A stretch of DNA of 64,000 nt from Candidatus Sumerlaeaceae bacterium (GTDB lineage: Bacteria > Sumerlaeota > Sumerlaeia > Sumerlaeales > Sumerlaeaceae): assembly GCA_051003195.1 (NCBI GenBank), contig JBPCLP010000041.1, positions 12,494 through 76,493 of the forward strand, in the 5' to 3' direction. Below, piece after piece: positions 20,077-31,193 of this stretch. How positions within the stretch are numbered: the first letter of the stretch is position 1; each line of letters starts with the position of its first letter. The position numbers were made by a program, and so were the translations under genes. A model generated the notes under the pieces. The model was not told the origin of the DNA. It did no database searches and saw nothing but the letters and a program-made list of their open reading frames with translations.

Positions 20077-21777
20077 TCAGGAAGCCGCTGACGCTGGACC
20101 AAAGGAACTATTGCTAAGCAGCGCCACGGCCAGGGCATGTCCGACCGCGTATTCCTCGTCCACGACCTCATCGGCACCTGCGTCGCGAAGATCCTGACAA
20201 TAAAGGTGGTACCGCGCACGTGCAATAATGCGAATCTTTGGCTGCAAGTTGCGGCATTGCAGGACAACATCAACGGCCGTGACAGGATCGGGAACAGTAA
20301 TTACCACTGCGGATGCATGCTCAAGCCCGGCTTCTTCCAGGACGTCGGGATGACCGGCATGCCCAATATGCAGTTGCGCCCCGTAGCGCTCAGCCACTTC
20401 GGCCGCCCGGGGGTTCAGGTCGATAATCGTAATCTGCGGTGGAGAATTTCGCGAAAGTGCTTCGAGGAACTGCTGAGCAGCGGGTCCGAGTCCGACAACA
20501 ATGATGTGTCCGGAACGCGGGGCGGGCTCCGCAATGGGTACTGAGTCGCCTTCCTTCCGACGTGAAGCATCAGCGGTCGCATTTGCTTTGCGCCGTAATC
20601 TCAACAATACCACGCCATGACCAGCAAGGTCAGGCGCATAGGACACGAGAAACGGCGCAGCGAATAATGTAATGATTGTGACTGAGACAATGAGACGCAT
20701 CATGTCGCGATCAAAGACCGAACCTTCCGCTGCAATTCCAACCAGAACAAATGCGAACTCTCCAACTTGTGCCAGGCAGAAGCCGGTGGCCAGAGCAGTG
20801 TCGTGGCGCGCACGCATCAACTTCAGCACAACCCACACCAGCACTGCCTTACCCAGAATCACACAAATCGCGACCGACAACACAATTTGCCAGTGAGCAA
20901 TGGTCCAACCCGGATCGAATTGTAGCCCGACAGACGCAAAGAAGAATGTAACGAGCACGGCTCGAAGTGCTGCGACGTCCGCACGAATTTGTGACGAAAA
21001 TACGGATTCACCCAGGAGCACGCCGGAAAGAAATGCTCCAATAGCCGGCGAGATGCCGGCAACGTGAGCTAATGCCGCCGATCCCAGAGCAACAATGATG
21101 GCCAGCAATATCGGAAACTCGCGATTAAGGGACCACTGCCGGATGTTGAGCAGCCGCGGTACGAGCCAGTTGAACAGGAAAAGAAAAGCGGCAATCAATA
21201 CCCCCGCTGCTGCCAGTGTGCGGAGCAATTCCCATGCTATTTCACCGGCGCTGCCTCCTTCGCGGCTAATGATAGAAACAACGAGTGCGAGTGGAAATAC
21301 CGCGACATCCTGGATGAGCAGAATGCCCAATGTAAGCCGGCCGTAAGGCCGTTCAAGTGCGGAGCTGTCCGTCAAAATGCGCAGTACGGTGGCGGTGCTG
21401 GAAAGTGCCGTGACAGCACCCAGGGTGAACGCAGCACGAGCGCTGAGTCCAAACAGTCGTGCCGTCAGAAACACGACCAGAAGCGTTACCGTGATTTGCG
21501 CAATGCCGCCGAGCAATGCAGCGCTGCCTAGCTTGCGTAAACGTCCGATCGAAAATTCCAGCCCGATCGTAAAGAGCAGGAGTGCGACTCCCAGTTCGGC
21601 AATCAGCGCCAGATGGCTGCCCTCTTTTACCAGCCCGAGACCGCTTGGCCCAACCAGTGTTCCCGCCAGCAGAAAACCAAGAATTGCGCTCTGGCGAATG
21701 CGGGCTGCCAGCGTACCCAGCAGCAGCGCACCTCCGAGCAGCAGGAGTACCTGCAGAAGAATGTGCCAAGGATCCAA
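20077..21777 (-). CDS. CPA2 cation:proton antiporter with C-terminal TrkA-N (KefB/KefC/YbaL-like)
   Basis: AELGVALLLFTIGLEFS, LSSTA, QD, AQVGEFAFV; Rossmann-like VVGLG tail. Confidence 0.9.
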   Translation of the reverse strand: MDPWHILLQVLLLLGGALLLGTLAARIRQSAILGFLLAGTLVGPSGLGLVKEGSHLALIAELGVALLLFTIGLEFSIGRLRKLGSAALLGGIAQITVTLLVVFLTARLFGLSARAAFTLGAVTALSSTATVLRILTDSSALERPYGRLTLGILLIQDVAVFPLALVVSIISREGGSAGEIAWELLRTLAAAGVLIAAFLFLFNWLVPRLLNIRQWSLNREFPILLAIIVALGSAALAHVAGISPAIGAFLSGVLLGESVFSSQIRADVAALRAVLVTFFFASVGLQFDPGWTIAHWQIVLSVAICVILGKAVLVWVVLKLMRARHDTALATGFCLAQVGEFAFVLVGIAAEGSVFDRDMMRLIVSVTIITLFAAPFLVSYAPDLAGHGVVLLRLRRKANATADASRRKEGDSVPIAEPAPRSGHIIVVGLGPAAQQFLEALSRNSPPQITIIDLNPRAAEVAERYGAQLHIGHAGHPDVLEEAGLEHASAVVITVPDPVTAVDVVLQCRNLQPKIRIIARARYHLYCQDLRDAGADEVVDEEYAVGHALAVALLSNSSFGPASAAS

Positions 21778-21862
21778 TGTCGATAGCCCTATGCGATTCT
21801 ACACAGGGACAGCAACACCAAGCCCTGCAACCGTTAACTCCCGAAATGGGCGAACGATTGAT

Positions 21863-23260
21863 CTAATGCCGGGCCAGCGAGCGATCGCCGCTCCTGCTGC
21901 CGACATATCGCAGGTGCCATGGCTCGGGCTTGTAGCCTACCTGCTCGGTGTTCTCGTTGGTGTAACTGTTCCGGAAACCGAATCGCTCCGCGTTGTCGTG
22001 CAGCCAGCGCCCTTCCTGGCTTTCTCCGAAGCGCTTACTGAGCACCGTTCGACGATCGGGACTGCTGACATCAATCGTGGTTCCAAGCTGGTGCTCACTA
22101 TAACCTGGAGCAGCAACTCCGTTCTGCTTGGGCCCGTTCTTTTCAATCGCTTCGAGGTATAGCTTTTTCTGGTGTTCGAAATCCCGATAACCGGAGAAAA
22201 CTTTCAATTTTAAATTCTGGCGAGCCGCCTCATCTGCCATGCGAACAAGCGCCTCGACGACCTCGCGGCGTAAACGATGTTCCCGGGTATCGAGCGTATA
22301 TTGCCGGGCAACCGGCACGAGATCGTCTGGTGCATAATCGATCGGCAGAGCCGAATCCCGGTCGACGGCTTCCTCACCAATTGGCAGGCTTCGGATTTGC
22401 GCAGTCAGATGATTGCGTGGATCGACGCGAATAAAGTACTCCGCTTCCGCCCACCATGCCCTCCCTTCCCACTCGATTTTGATCCAGTCGAAATCTCGCT
22501 CGCTCCGTAAACGCGTCAATGGACGAACCCGTTCACCCTCGCGCAGTGTAAACTGGGATGTTGCGGAGTGTGCGTCTGGCTGCTCGTGGAGCCGCAACTC
22601 AGCTTTGATCAGCGTGAGTTGAGCACCTGCTTCGTTTATGGCGCCTTCTGGCAAATAGAGATTGGGAGTCAGGGCGCGTGGTGGATTCACAGTCAGAACG
22701 GACGCAGCGATTGCCTGTTCCGCAGGAGCGCTGGCCGGCTCGTCCGCTACCATGGTTTCAGTGGAGGAGGTCAGCTGCTCCCCGTAAATGAGTGCTTCCA
22801 ACACTTCCGGATCTAACGCGTCAAACTCAACTGGTGGTGGTACGGGTATAGGTTTTACAACGCGGATCGGGCCCATGGAAGCGAGCACAAGCCCTTGCGA
22901 GTCCGTTCCACCTCGCAGGATTCCCCAATCCGTCTGGTCTGCCGCTCGGGTCTCAACCATACGCTCACTGCCCGCTGCGGGACTGTAGATTTCGAGCGGT
23001 GCTCCGGCCGATTGCAGCGGAGCGCGCGGCAGGGTGCTCGCAATAATGACAGGTGGCGGAAGCAGTACCGGTTCTGGCGCGGGGACTGACGGCGGCATCG
23101 GCAAACAGACGAGGTGACCATCCGAGTAAGGGTTCGGCGGCGGCTCACTCCAGTACACCTGGATGGAAAGCGTGAGGACGCAAAGCGTGAAGAGGAGGAG
23201 AAGGTATTTCAATGCTTCGATAAACGGCCGGAAATTGAAAAGCCAGGGTCGCAGTTCCAC
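21863..23260 (-). CDS. Membrane-anchored D-Ala-D-Ala carboxypeptidase, M15B/VanY family, with SH3-like domain
   Basis: SGYRD, APGYSEHQLG...D, YKPEPWHLRYVG. Confidence 0.88.
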   Translation of the reverse strand: MELRPWLFNFRPFIEALKYLLLLFTLCVLTLSIQVYWSEPPPNPYSDGHLVCLPMPPSVPAPEPVLLPPPVIIASTLPRAPLQSAGAPLEIYSPAAGSERMVETRAADQTDWGILRGGTDSQGLVLASMGPIRVVKPIPVPPPVEFDALDPEVLEALIYGEQLTSSTETMVADEPASAPAEQAIAASVLTVNPPRALTPNLYLPEGAINEAGAQLTLIKAELRLHEQPDAHSATSQFTLREGERVRPLTRLRSERDFDWIKIEWEGRAWWAEAEYFIRVDPRNHLTAQIRSLPIGEEAVDRDSALPIDYAPDDLVPVARQYTLDTREHRLRREVVEALVRMADEAARQNLKLKVFSGYRDFEHQKKLYLEAIEKNGPKQNGVAAPGYSEHQLGTTIDVSSPDRRTVLSKRFGESQEGRWLHDNAERFGFRNSYTNENTEQVGYKPEPWHLRYVGSRSGDRSLARH

Positions 23261-23454
23261 GCATCCGCATAAGCGAATTGCAGGATGTGCTGGTCGAAAC
23301 GTATGATATGCGAGTGATGTTTCATAGGCCGACGGCTTTTATACAAACTTTGCTCTGATATGAAAGACGCGAGCCCGATGCAAGTGAGAACGAGCGGTTC
23401 TGACTTAGCCTCTCTTCCTTTGACATCCAGAGTGCCGCTTCATCGTTACCCGCT

Positions 23455-25116
23455 ATGTTCAATATACGATTCTATCATTCCGCTATTATTGCATTCTCTC
23501 TCGCGGTGTTCGTCAGCGCCGGAAATTCGGCGGCCCAGGCGGTAGCGGAAAAGGTTAAAGCTGCGCTTGATCCCATCTTCGATGCGCCAGCATGGCGTAA
23601 TAGCCGATGGGGGATTGCTGTCTTCGACCTGCAAACAAGCGAGCTGCTGTATGAGCGGGACATTGCAAAAAGCTTTATGCCGGCATCAAATATGAAACTC
23701 TACACTACGGCTGCGGCACTTGAGCAGCTGGGCTCCGACTTTTCGTACGCGACGCGAATTCACGCGACCGGAACAACAACGTCCAAAGGCGTTCTCAGGG
23801 GAAACCTGGTAGTGGTGGGCAGTGGCGATCCCTCGGTCTCAGGTCGCTATATTGAAGATAAGCCGACCACGGCGATTTTGCGCGAGTGGGCGCAGGCGGT
23901 AAAAAGCGCTGGCATCAGGCGCGTTGATGGCGCGGTCATAGGAGACGATGACGTATTCGATGACGAATCCCGCACTGGAAGCTGGCAGCTTGATTATTAC
24001 CAGGAGTGGTACGCGGCAGAGAACAGCGGGCTGACGATAAACGATAATTGCTGGGACGTGGTGATCAAGCCCGGGCGTAAGCCAGGTGATCCAGCAATTA
24101 TCGAAACGCCTCTGCCGAGCAAGTACGTGCGATTTATTAACCGAGTGACCACGAGCGGTCCAAAGCGCCGCGGGAGCGGCGTAGCATCCGGTGCGGAATC
24201 GAGCACGGCGACAGCTTCTGCGGCCGATGAGTTGTCTACCTCGACCGCCGACACAACTGCATCCGAGGAAAGCAGCGATCCACCTATAGAAATTGTGCGA
24301 GAGCTGGACCGCAATGACATAACGTTGAGTGGAACCATTGCCGTGGATCATGAACCCTTCAAGGAGTGGGGGAGCGTTCACAATGGGACATTATTCACTG
24401 CGGCCCTGTTCGCCGAAGAGCTAACGCGGCAGGGTATCCGCGTGGCAGAAGGCGCGAAGGATATTGATGACCTGGACGTTTTGCGCGCTACAAAACTCAA
24501 AGCAGACCGAGGCATCCTTGTTCACACGCACGTTTCGCCTCCGCTTTCCAAAATCATCGCAACCATTAACAAACCGTCCCAGAACTTCTACGCCGATCAG
24601 CTCTTGAAGACGCTCGGTGCACAGACGTACGGACAGGGCAACTATGATTCCGGTCGACGTGCCGTGCGTGATTTTCTCACGACTGCAGGTATTCAGCAGA
24701 CTGGCAGTCTGCGAATGTCAGATGGGTCGGGACTGTCGCGGCAAAACCTTGTCGAACCGCAAATGACGTTAGCATTGCTGCAGTTCATGGCCAGGAGCCG
24801 CTACGCCGCGGACTTCGAAGCATCGCTGCCAATCATGGGTGTCGACGGCACATTGAAGTCCCGCCTTCGCCGCACTGCAGCGCATCGTAACGTATATGCA
24901 AAAACAGGCACTATCAACAGCGTGCGATCTTTGAGTGGATATCTTACTACTGCCGGAGGGCACAAACTGGCGTTCTGCATGATGGCAAACAACTTCAGTG
25001 TACCCACGCGCGCAGCCACTGAGGCTCAGGATAAAGCGCTGCTGAAGCTCATCGCCCTGGATGACGTCACATCTGCGCTGGCAAGCGATAACACATCGAC
25101 CTCGGGTGCTCATTAA
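23455..25116 (+). CDS. dacB: D-Ala-D-Ala carboxypeptidase/endopeptidase PBP4 (peptidase S13)
   Basis: PASNMK (SxxK), SQN, DGSGLSR, KTGT. Confidence 0.92.
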   Translation: MFNIRFYHSAIIAFSLAVFVSAGNSAAQAVAEKVKAALDPIFDAPAWRNSRWGIAVFDLQTSELLYERDIAKSFMPASNMKLYTTAAALEQLGSDFSYATRIHATGTTTSKGVLRGNLVVVGSGDPSVSGRYIEDKPTTAILREWAQAVKSAGIRRVDGAVIGDDDVFDDESRTGSWQLDYYQEWYAAENSGLTINDNCWDVVIKPGRKPGDPAIIETPLPSKYVRFINRVTTSGPKRRGSGVASGAESSTATASAADELSTSTADTTASEESSDPPIEIVRELDRNDITLSGTIAVDHEPFKEWGSVHNGTLFTAALFAEELTRQGIRVAEGAKDIDDLDVLRATKLKADRGILVHTHVSPPLSKIIATINKPSQNFYADQLLKTLGAQTYGQGNYDSGRRAVRDFLTTAGIQQTGSLRMSDGSGLSRQNLVEPQMTLALLQFMARSRYAADFEASLPIMGVDGTLKSRLRRTAAHRNVYAKTGTINSVRSLSGYLTTAGGHKLAFCMMANNFSVPTRAATEAQDKALLKLIALDDVTSALASDNTSTSGAH

Positions 25117-25262
25117 ACTTTCAAAGAATGAATCGGCAGTGGGGGTGCAAGATAGCCAACCGTAGAACGACACGTGGAATACAAGCCGCGTGGAATACGA
25201 GCCGGGACGCTTGCGGTTTGCGCGACCTGCGACACAAGCGTGTGCCTAGTTAAGGACGGCAT

Positions 25263-26702
25263 TTACCGCTCCGTTTTGATGCCCAGCTTTTCAAGCTTCT
25301 CATAGAAGTGGCGGCGAGATAAACCTGTCATTCGGGCAGCCTCGCTGATATTCCCCCTGGCAGCTGCGATGGCGCGCTGCAAATACGAGCGCTCGAAAGC
25401 GTCTTTCGCATACCGGTACTCGAGCGTTGGAAGACCGCCGTTTTGAAATGCGCTATCGGCTTGCTCCGCAGTCGCGCCAAATTTCTCGGTATAGCCCCGG
25501 ATGTCGGCTGGTATATCGTGCAGCTCAATGCGTTCGCACGAACAGAGCACGATGGTGCGCTCAATTACATTCTCGAGTTCACGTACGTTACCCGGAAATG
25601 GATATCGCATCAGTGCCTGCTGTGCCTCTTCCGAAATGCTGCACTGCTTGCGGTTCATTCGACGACAAAGCTTTTCGAGGAAATGAATGGTCAGCACGGG
25701 AATATCGGCAGGGCGCTCCCTCAGCGGCGGCATGGTCACCTGAATCACGTCGAGCCTGTAATAAAGATCTTCGCGGAACTGTTTCTGCGCGATGGCCGCT
25801 TTCAGATCACGGTTTGTGGCGGCAAGCAGGCGTACATCGATGGGAATAGTATGAAGACCGCCGACACGTTGTATTTCACGTTCCTGCAACACGCGCAAAA
25901 GCTTGGCCTGTAGGGGTAATGGCAGCTCGCCGATCTCATCGAGAAAAAGCGTGCCACCCTGCGCCAGTTCGATAAGGCCCATCTTCGTACGGTCGGCACC
26001 CGTGAAAGCGCCCTTTTCGTAGCCGAAAAGCTCGCTTTCCAGGAGGTTTTCCGGAATAGAGGCGCAGTTGATTGCGACGAAGCGCTTCTTTCGCCGGGGG
26101 CTCTGTCGATGAATGGATTTCGCGACAAGCTCTTTACCAGTACCACTTTCGCCCCGGATAAGTACTGCGGCATCGGATGGAGCTGCCTTGGAGATGATCT
26201 GCTTGACGGTATTCAGCGGCGGGCTCGTTCCGACCAGTTCGGAATCAACGCCCACCTGGCGGTGCAGAGTTTCCGTGAGCACTTCATTTTCTTCGAGCAG
26301 CCGCGTATTGGCGACGGCCTTGCCTACGCTGAGGACGAGTTCGTCCGTCTTAAAAGGTTTTGTAATGTAGTCAAAGGCACCGGCACGCATAGCCTCGACG
26401 GCAGTTTCGACCGAGGAATACGCGGTCATAACAATAACGTTGGTGTGGCTGTTCGCCGCTTTTGCTTCGCGCAACACATCCAAGCCAGTGAGCTCCGGCA
26501 TCCGCATGTCGGTGATAACAAGGTCGGGTGGTGTCTTGCGCAGGTGCTCGACAGCCGCAGTCGGATTGCTAAAGGCATTTACATGGTAGCCCTCCAGCTC
26601 GAGGATCCGGCTGAGGATTTTGCCCATGTTCTCCTCGTCATCGACGACAACAATCGAAGCCCGACGAGGCGAGGAAGCTACGGTTTCAGAGGCCATTGGC
26701 AC
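25263..26702 (-). CDS. Sigma54-dependent response regulator (REC, AAA+, Fis-type HTH)
   Basis: [39 protein letters not shown]. Confidence 0.95.
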   Translation of the reverse strand: MPMASETVASSPRRASIVVVDDEENMGKILSRILELEGYHVNAFSNPTAAVEHLRKTPPDLVITDMRMPELTGLDVLREAKAANSHTNVIVMTAYSSVETAVEAMRAGAFDYITKPFKTDELVLSVGKAVANTRLLEENEVLTETLHRQVGVDSELVGTSPPLNTVKQIISKAAPSDAAVLIRGESGTGKELVAKSIHRQSPRRKKRFVAINCASIPENLLESELFGYEKGAFTGADRTKMGLIELAQGGTLFLDEIGELPLPLQAKLLRVLQEREIQRVGGLHTIPIDVRLLAATNRDLKAAIAQKQFREDLYYRLDVIQVTMPPLRERPADIPVLTIHFLEKLCRRMNRKQCSISEEAQQALMRYPFPGNVRELENVIERTIVLCSCERIELHDIPADIRGYTEKFGATAEQADSAFQNGGLPTLEYRYAKDAFERSYLQRAIAAARGNISEAARMTGLSRRHFYEKLEKLGIKTER

Positions 26703-26788
26703 ACTAGCTACACCGGGGCCTGCGATTGCGTCAAGACAGCAGAAAGCGATGGGCGTAAAACGGAACGACTGATTCGGCTGACTAGCGA

Positions 26789-27427
26789 CTAGCCGTTGTT
26801 TTGCTCTGGCGGTCGATGGACCATTGGTACAAAGCGGACCGGTGCGATCGTTCGTTCATCGAATTTGGTATGGGCGGTTTTATCGATCTGCAGAAGTTCC
26901 TGCTGCTCGCCTGCGCCGAGTGGAACAATCATGCGGCCGCCTACTGCGAGTTGGTCAAGCAACGCTGTCGGAACATGGTCTGGCGCTGCTGTGACAAGGA
27001 TGCGCTCGAAGGGAGCATGCTCAGCCAGCCCTTCCCAGCCACTGCGCTGCAATACCGTCGCATTGTGTACTCCAAACTCACGCAGTCTGAAGCGTGCGAG
27101 GTCTGCCAGCAGTGGAAGGATCTCGAGCGAATACACCTCGCGCGAGAGCGCAGCAAGTACAGCGGTCTGATAGCCACTGCCACAGCCGATCTCCAGGATA
27201 CGATCCGTGGGCTGCGGATCGAGGAGCTCGGTCATCAGTCCGACAATATATGGCTGACTGATCGTTGACATTTCGGCCAGCGGAAGGGGCTTATCAGCGT
27301 ACGCTTCGGCAAGATGTTCTTCCGGAACGAAGCGCGCCCTGTCGACCTGACGAAGGGCGGTCAGGACCCGCGGATTTAAAATGCCTCGCGCTTCGATCTG
27401 CTCGCGAATCATATCGTCGTTTGTCAT
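26789..27427 (-). CDS. pcm: Protein-L-isoaspartate O-methyltransferase
   Basis: TISQPYIV, LEIGCGSGYQTAVL, APFERILVTAA, VRFVPM. Confidence 0.95.
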   Translation of the reverse strand: MTNDDMIREQIEARGILNPRVLTALRQVDRARFVPEEHLAEAYADKPLPLAEMSTISQPYIVGLMTELLDPQPTDRILEIGCGSGYQTAVLAALSREVYSLEILPLLADLARFRLREFGVHNATVLQRSGWEGLAEHAPFERILVTAAPDHVPTALLDQLAVGGRMIVPLGAGEQQELLQIDKTAHTKFDERTIAPVRFVPMVHRPPEQNNG

Positions 27428-27442
27428 CGTGCGTAGTCTTCG

Positions 27443-28516
27443 CTATAACAGCGCATGGCATTCGCGGGCAAACGCGACGGTAAGTGCGAGTGTATGCTCG
27501 AGATCCTCAACGCGCAGTGTGGCATGCGGACTGTGAATGTATCGGCAGGGAACGCTGATTACACCCGTGGGCACGCCGGAGCGCGTAATCTGGATGCGAG
27601 CAGCATTGGTGCCGCCAAAAACAGGGGTTTTCAATTGGTGCGGGATGCTGTGCTTGTCAGCCAGGTTTTGAAGAAACTGTACAAAGCGGCGCGGAAAATG
27701 CGCGGTGCGATCGACCAGTGTAAGTACAGGGCCCGCGCCCTGCCGACTCGGATTACGGGCCGGAGGAACACCCGGGAAATCCCCCGCAACTGTGCCTTCC
27801 AGCACGATCGCAAGTTGAGGATCGATGCCATGGGCGGCCACTGCTGCCCCTCGAGCGCCAGTTTCTTCGAAGGTAGTAAAAGCCGCGGCAATGTTTACGC
27901 GTGGAGCCTCGCCAATGGCCTCATTCCCGAAAAGTGTCTGCAGCGTCTGGATAAGTACGGTACACCCGGCGCGGTCGTCGAGTGCCTTACCAATGACCAC
28001 ACCGTTCGAGCATTCCAGGAATGGATAAAATGGGACTGCACTGTCGCCAACACGTATGCCAAGGTCTTCTACTTCCTGCCCGCAACGTGCGCCTACATCA
28101 ATAAACAGACTATCGATGGGATAAGGCTTGTTCTTCTCGTCGGATTTCTGGATGTGAGGTGGAGGCACGCCAATGACTCCCCGAATACGCCGCCCTTCGA
28201 TCGTGCGCAGGTCTACAGCATGAGCCGGCAGTACGCGCTCGTCCCACCCGCCGACAGTCACGAAACGGAGGAAACCGCTGGGCTCAATGTAGCTTATGAT
28301 CAGCCCAATTTCATCAAGGTGTGCGTCCATGAGCAATGTTGGCGCATTAGGCTCGGGGGCGCGTTTGAACGCGATCAGGTTACCCAGCGCATCGGTTTTG
28401 AGTTCGTCAACCAGTGGCGCGATGCGATTCTGAACCAGCGCGCGGACGTCCTCTTCATAACCGGTTACACCATGCGCATCGCACAGCTCACGCAGGATTG
28501 AAATGCTCTCGGACAT
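27443..28516 (-). CDS. M42-family metallopeptidase
   Basis: DAHLDEIG, KALDDRAG, EETG, PCRYIHSP. Confidence 0.92.
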   Translation of the reverse strand: MSESISILRELCDAHGVTGYEEDVRALVQNRIAPLVDELKTDALGNLIAFKRAPEPNAPTLLMDAHLDEIGLIISYIEPSGFLRFVTVGGWDERVLPAHAVDLRTIEGRRIRGVIGVPPPHIQKSDEKNKPYPIDSLFIDVGARCGQEVEDLGIRVGDSAVPFYPFLECSNGVVIGKALDDRAGCTVLIQTLQTLFGNEAIGEAPRVNIAAAFTTFEETGARGAAVAAHGIDPQLAIVLEGTVAGDFPGVPPARNPSRQGAGPVLTLVDRTAHFPRRFVQFLQNLADKHSIPHQLKTPVFGGTNAARIQITRSGVPTGVISVPCRYIHSPHATLRVEDLEHTLALTVAFARECHALL

Positions 28517-28618
28517 GTTGCTGGATTGAATTGTGCGGGGTGGAGGTCAAGTCACAAGCATCGATATGGCTGGGAAGGCATCTGCGGCCTGGGGCTAACC
28601 ATGAGTCTTGGTGGAGCG

Positions 28619-29674
28619 TCAGTGAATTGAACGGATTGCCGCGCTGACTTCCGGATTCACGGACTCCCGGGGCCGACTTGCAATCTCCTGCAGAAATTTC
28701 GCGGCGTCTTCCGGCGGAGTCGGGTTGATGTAGAACCCGCTGCCCCATTCAAAACCAGCCACCTTGGTGAGCTTTGGAATCACCTCGATATGCCAATGAT
28801 AATAGGGCACAGTCCCGACCTCGTCCAACGGGGTACTATGGACAACAAAATTATACGCCGGGTCGTCGAGGCTTTCCTTAAGCAAACCGAAAACCGTGCG
28901 CACCATGCGCGAGAGCTCCACCACCTGGTTCTTCTGGATATCGTGGAAGAAGCACGAGTGCTCCTTGGGTATGATCCATGTTTCGAACGGGAAGCGGCTG
29001 GCAAACGGCATAAAGCTGAGAAATGAGTCGTTTTCCGAGACGATTCGGCTGTTGTCGGTCAGCTCCTGGCTAATCATGTCGCAAAAGACACAGCGGTCCT
29101 TGTAATCGAAGTACTTTTGCGCGCCGGACATTTCTTCCTGCACGCGTTTGGGCACAATTGGTAAAGCGATAATCTGACAGTGCGGGTGTTCCAGCGACGC
29201 CCCGGCTTCCCGGCCCCAGTTTTTGAACACCAGGATGTAGCGCATGCGGGAATCTTTTTTCAATTCCACGCACCGGTCGCGCATGGCCCAGATGATCTCC
29301 TGCACCTGGTCATCTGCCAGGTCAGCAAAAGTATGGTCGTGATCGGGCGACTCAATCAGCACTTCGTGCGCGCCGTAGCCTGTAATGCGGTCGTACATGC
29401 CTTCGCCCGAACGCGTGAGGGCGCCTTCCTGCTTCAACGCGGGGAACTTGTTTGGAACCGTGCGGAGCCACCAGCCTTCGGTGTCCTTTGCCGTGCTGGT
29501 GGGCCGATAGCTGAGCACTTCGGGAGGGGTGCTTCGCTCGTTGCCGGGGCAGAAAGGGCAGAATCCGCCTTTACGCTCCTCCGTGAGCTTTGCATACTGG
29601 GCAGGGCGCTTTGCACGTTCGGTTGCGATAATTACCCATCGCCCGGTAACGGGATCTTTGCGCAGCTCTGGCAT
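28619..29674 (-). CDS. galT: Galactose-1-phosphate uridylyltransferase
   Basis: ELRKDP...WVIIA.ER.KRP, CPFCPGNE, GASLEHPHCQ. Confidence 0.93.
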   Translation of the reverse strand: MPELRKDPVTGRWVIIATERAKRPAQYAKLTEERKGGFCPFCPGNERSTPPEVLSYRPTSTAKDTEGWWLRTVPNKFPALKQEGALTRSGEGMYDRITGYGAHEVLIESPDHDHTFADLADDQVQEIIWAMRDRCVELKKDSRMRYILVFKNWGREAGASLEHPHCQIIALPIVPKRVQEEMSGAQKYFDYKDRCVFCDMISQELTDNSRIVSENDSFLSFMPFASRFPFETWIIPKEHSCFFHDIQKNQVVELSRMVRTVFGLLKESLDDPAYNFVVHSTPLDEVGTVPYYHWHIEVIPKLTKVAGFEWGSGFYINPTPPEDAAKFLQEIASRPRESVNPEVSAAIRSIH

Positions 29675-29782
29675 TACATCAATTCTCCGAAACGCATATT
29701 AGGCAGTTACCGAATCTTTAACAGGTAGTATATGGCCATCTGGCTATTTAACTGCAGGTGCGATTTCGGCTCAAATAGAATT

Positions 29783-31135
29783 TTATTCTTTCCCAAGGTC
29801 AAGCTTGGCGGGAGTGCCCTTCTCAGCAGGGGCGGTTCGTACACTTCCGGTCGTGGTTGCATTTTGCTCAGCGCCTCCCAGTCGGACAGGTGGCGCCTTC
29901 CCAGCGACTGGCAAGCCGGCGGGTGGCGTAGTAAGGCTCTTCGCCTCGACGACGTAGCGTGTAATTTCCGGGACAGTCGGTATCGTTTGCAGAATTTCTA
30001 TGAACTGGTTGGAAGCGGCGACGACTTTCTTGTCACTCGCCGAAAAAGTGAGAAGTCCCGTTTGTCTACCTTCGAAGCCTCCGCTCACCAGCTTGGTGCC
30101 GTTTACGTCCAGGATATTTGCCTGCCCCGTCAGGAACTCCCCGCTGATCGCTATATCGACCTTTGCCTCTGCGGGTAAATCCTTGAGAAGTTCGGACGCT
30201 TTATCGCGTCGGTCATACACAAGAGCCACCACCAGGTCGGCCTTCTGTCTTGCCTCGGGTATATATTTCAGCAGAGCCTCACCGGGGTCGGTAATGGAGA
30301 AAGACGCGCCCGAATCATTCTGTCCGGCCCCAGCAACGGGAGTAGCAACCGTTCCGCTGGTAGTTTTAGTTTTGGCTACGGGAACCCGCGGGCGCGTGAC
30401 ACCCACAAAAGCGACCTTTACTTCGCCTGCAGTGGTTTTGACGGACTCTACGTAGTACGGATCAAAGAGAAGCTTTCCGGAAGTGTCCGCCACATTCGCG
30501 GAGATTAGCTTTATCTTTGCTGTCTCAGCTGCCGATTTAATCTTGTCGACGCCACCGCTGATATCCGTGAAGCCCACGTTGGCTGCCGTTGCGCCCATCG
30601 CATGTAAGGCCTGCAGCAGGATTCGCGTCCTACCAAGGTCCGTATCGGTCGGGTTGTCCCGCACATAACCACCGGCATCGGCAACCAGCACGGGAATCCC
30701 AAGGTCTTTCATCCGGTGCAGCACGCGAGCTTCCTTATCAAGCCCGCCGAGCTGGTGGCTTACACAACCGCAAGGATCCAGCTGCGACCGGCGGAAGCCA
30801 TTGTACGACAATGCAATCACATCCGAGGTCTGGGAAAGGATATTGCGCGGAAGCACGTGGTCATCCAGCTGCGCCTGCGTCATCGTGGTTGCTGCGGGAC
30901 GCGGAGCCGGCGTGGCCGGAAACGCAACCTGGGGCTTAACTCCAGCGGTCATTGTCGTGGTGACGGTAAGTCCCCCGGTCGCCACGTTCTGCGGTTGCAG
31001 CTCTTTGACAGCAAATGCAGAGGTACTGGTGGTAATACCAGTGGAGGTGCCGGTCGGCGGTCTAGACGTCTGTGCATGGGCAACAAAGGTAAGCGTACCT
31101 AGTAGAACCGCAGCAACATTGTGGATTGATTTCAT
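29783..31135 (-). CDS. Secreted UshA/5'-nucleotidase-like N-terminal-domain protein with CGC motif
   Basis: Signal peptide; DPCGCVSHQLGGL, DAGG, ISANV, VAFVGVT; Thr/Pro-rich termini. Confidence 0.7.
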   Translation of the reverse strand: MKSIHNVAAVLLGTLTFVAHAQTSRPPTGTSTGITTSTSAFAVKELQPQNVATGGLTVTTTMTAGVKPQVAFPATPAPRPAATTMTQAQLDDHVLPRNILSQTSDVIALSYNGFRRSQLDPCGCVSHQLGGLDKEARVLHRMKDLGIPVLVADAGGYVRDNPTDTDLGRTRILLQALHAMGATAANVGFTDISGGVDKIKSAAETAKIKLISANVADTSGKLLFDPYYVESVKTTAGEVKVAFVGVTRPRVPVAKTKTTSGTVATPVAGAGQNDSGASFSITDPGEALLKYIPEARQKADLVVALVYDRRDKASELLKDLPAEAKVDIAISGEFLTGQANILDVNGTKLVSGGFEGRQTGLLTFSASDKKVVAASNQFIEILQTIPTVPEITRYVVEAKSLTTPPAGLPVAGKAPPVRLGGAEQNATTTGSVRTAPAEKGTPAKLDLGKE

Positions 31136-31193
31136 CAACTTTACATCCTGGATTGGTAAAAATATGAACCTGCGCTAAGCTGCGTTCTATTAC

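Noticed and set aside
30760..30780. Selenocysteine recoding in the UshA-like gene
   Set aside because: Both residues of the CGC motif are ordinary Cys codons; no in-frame TGA
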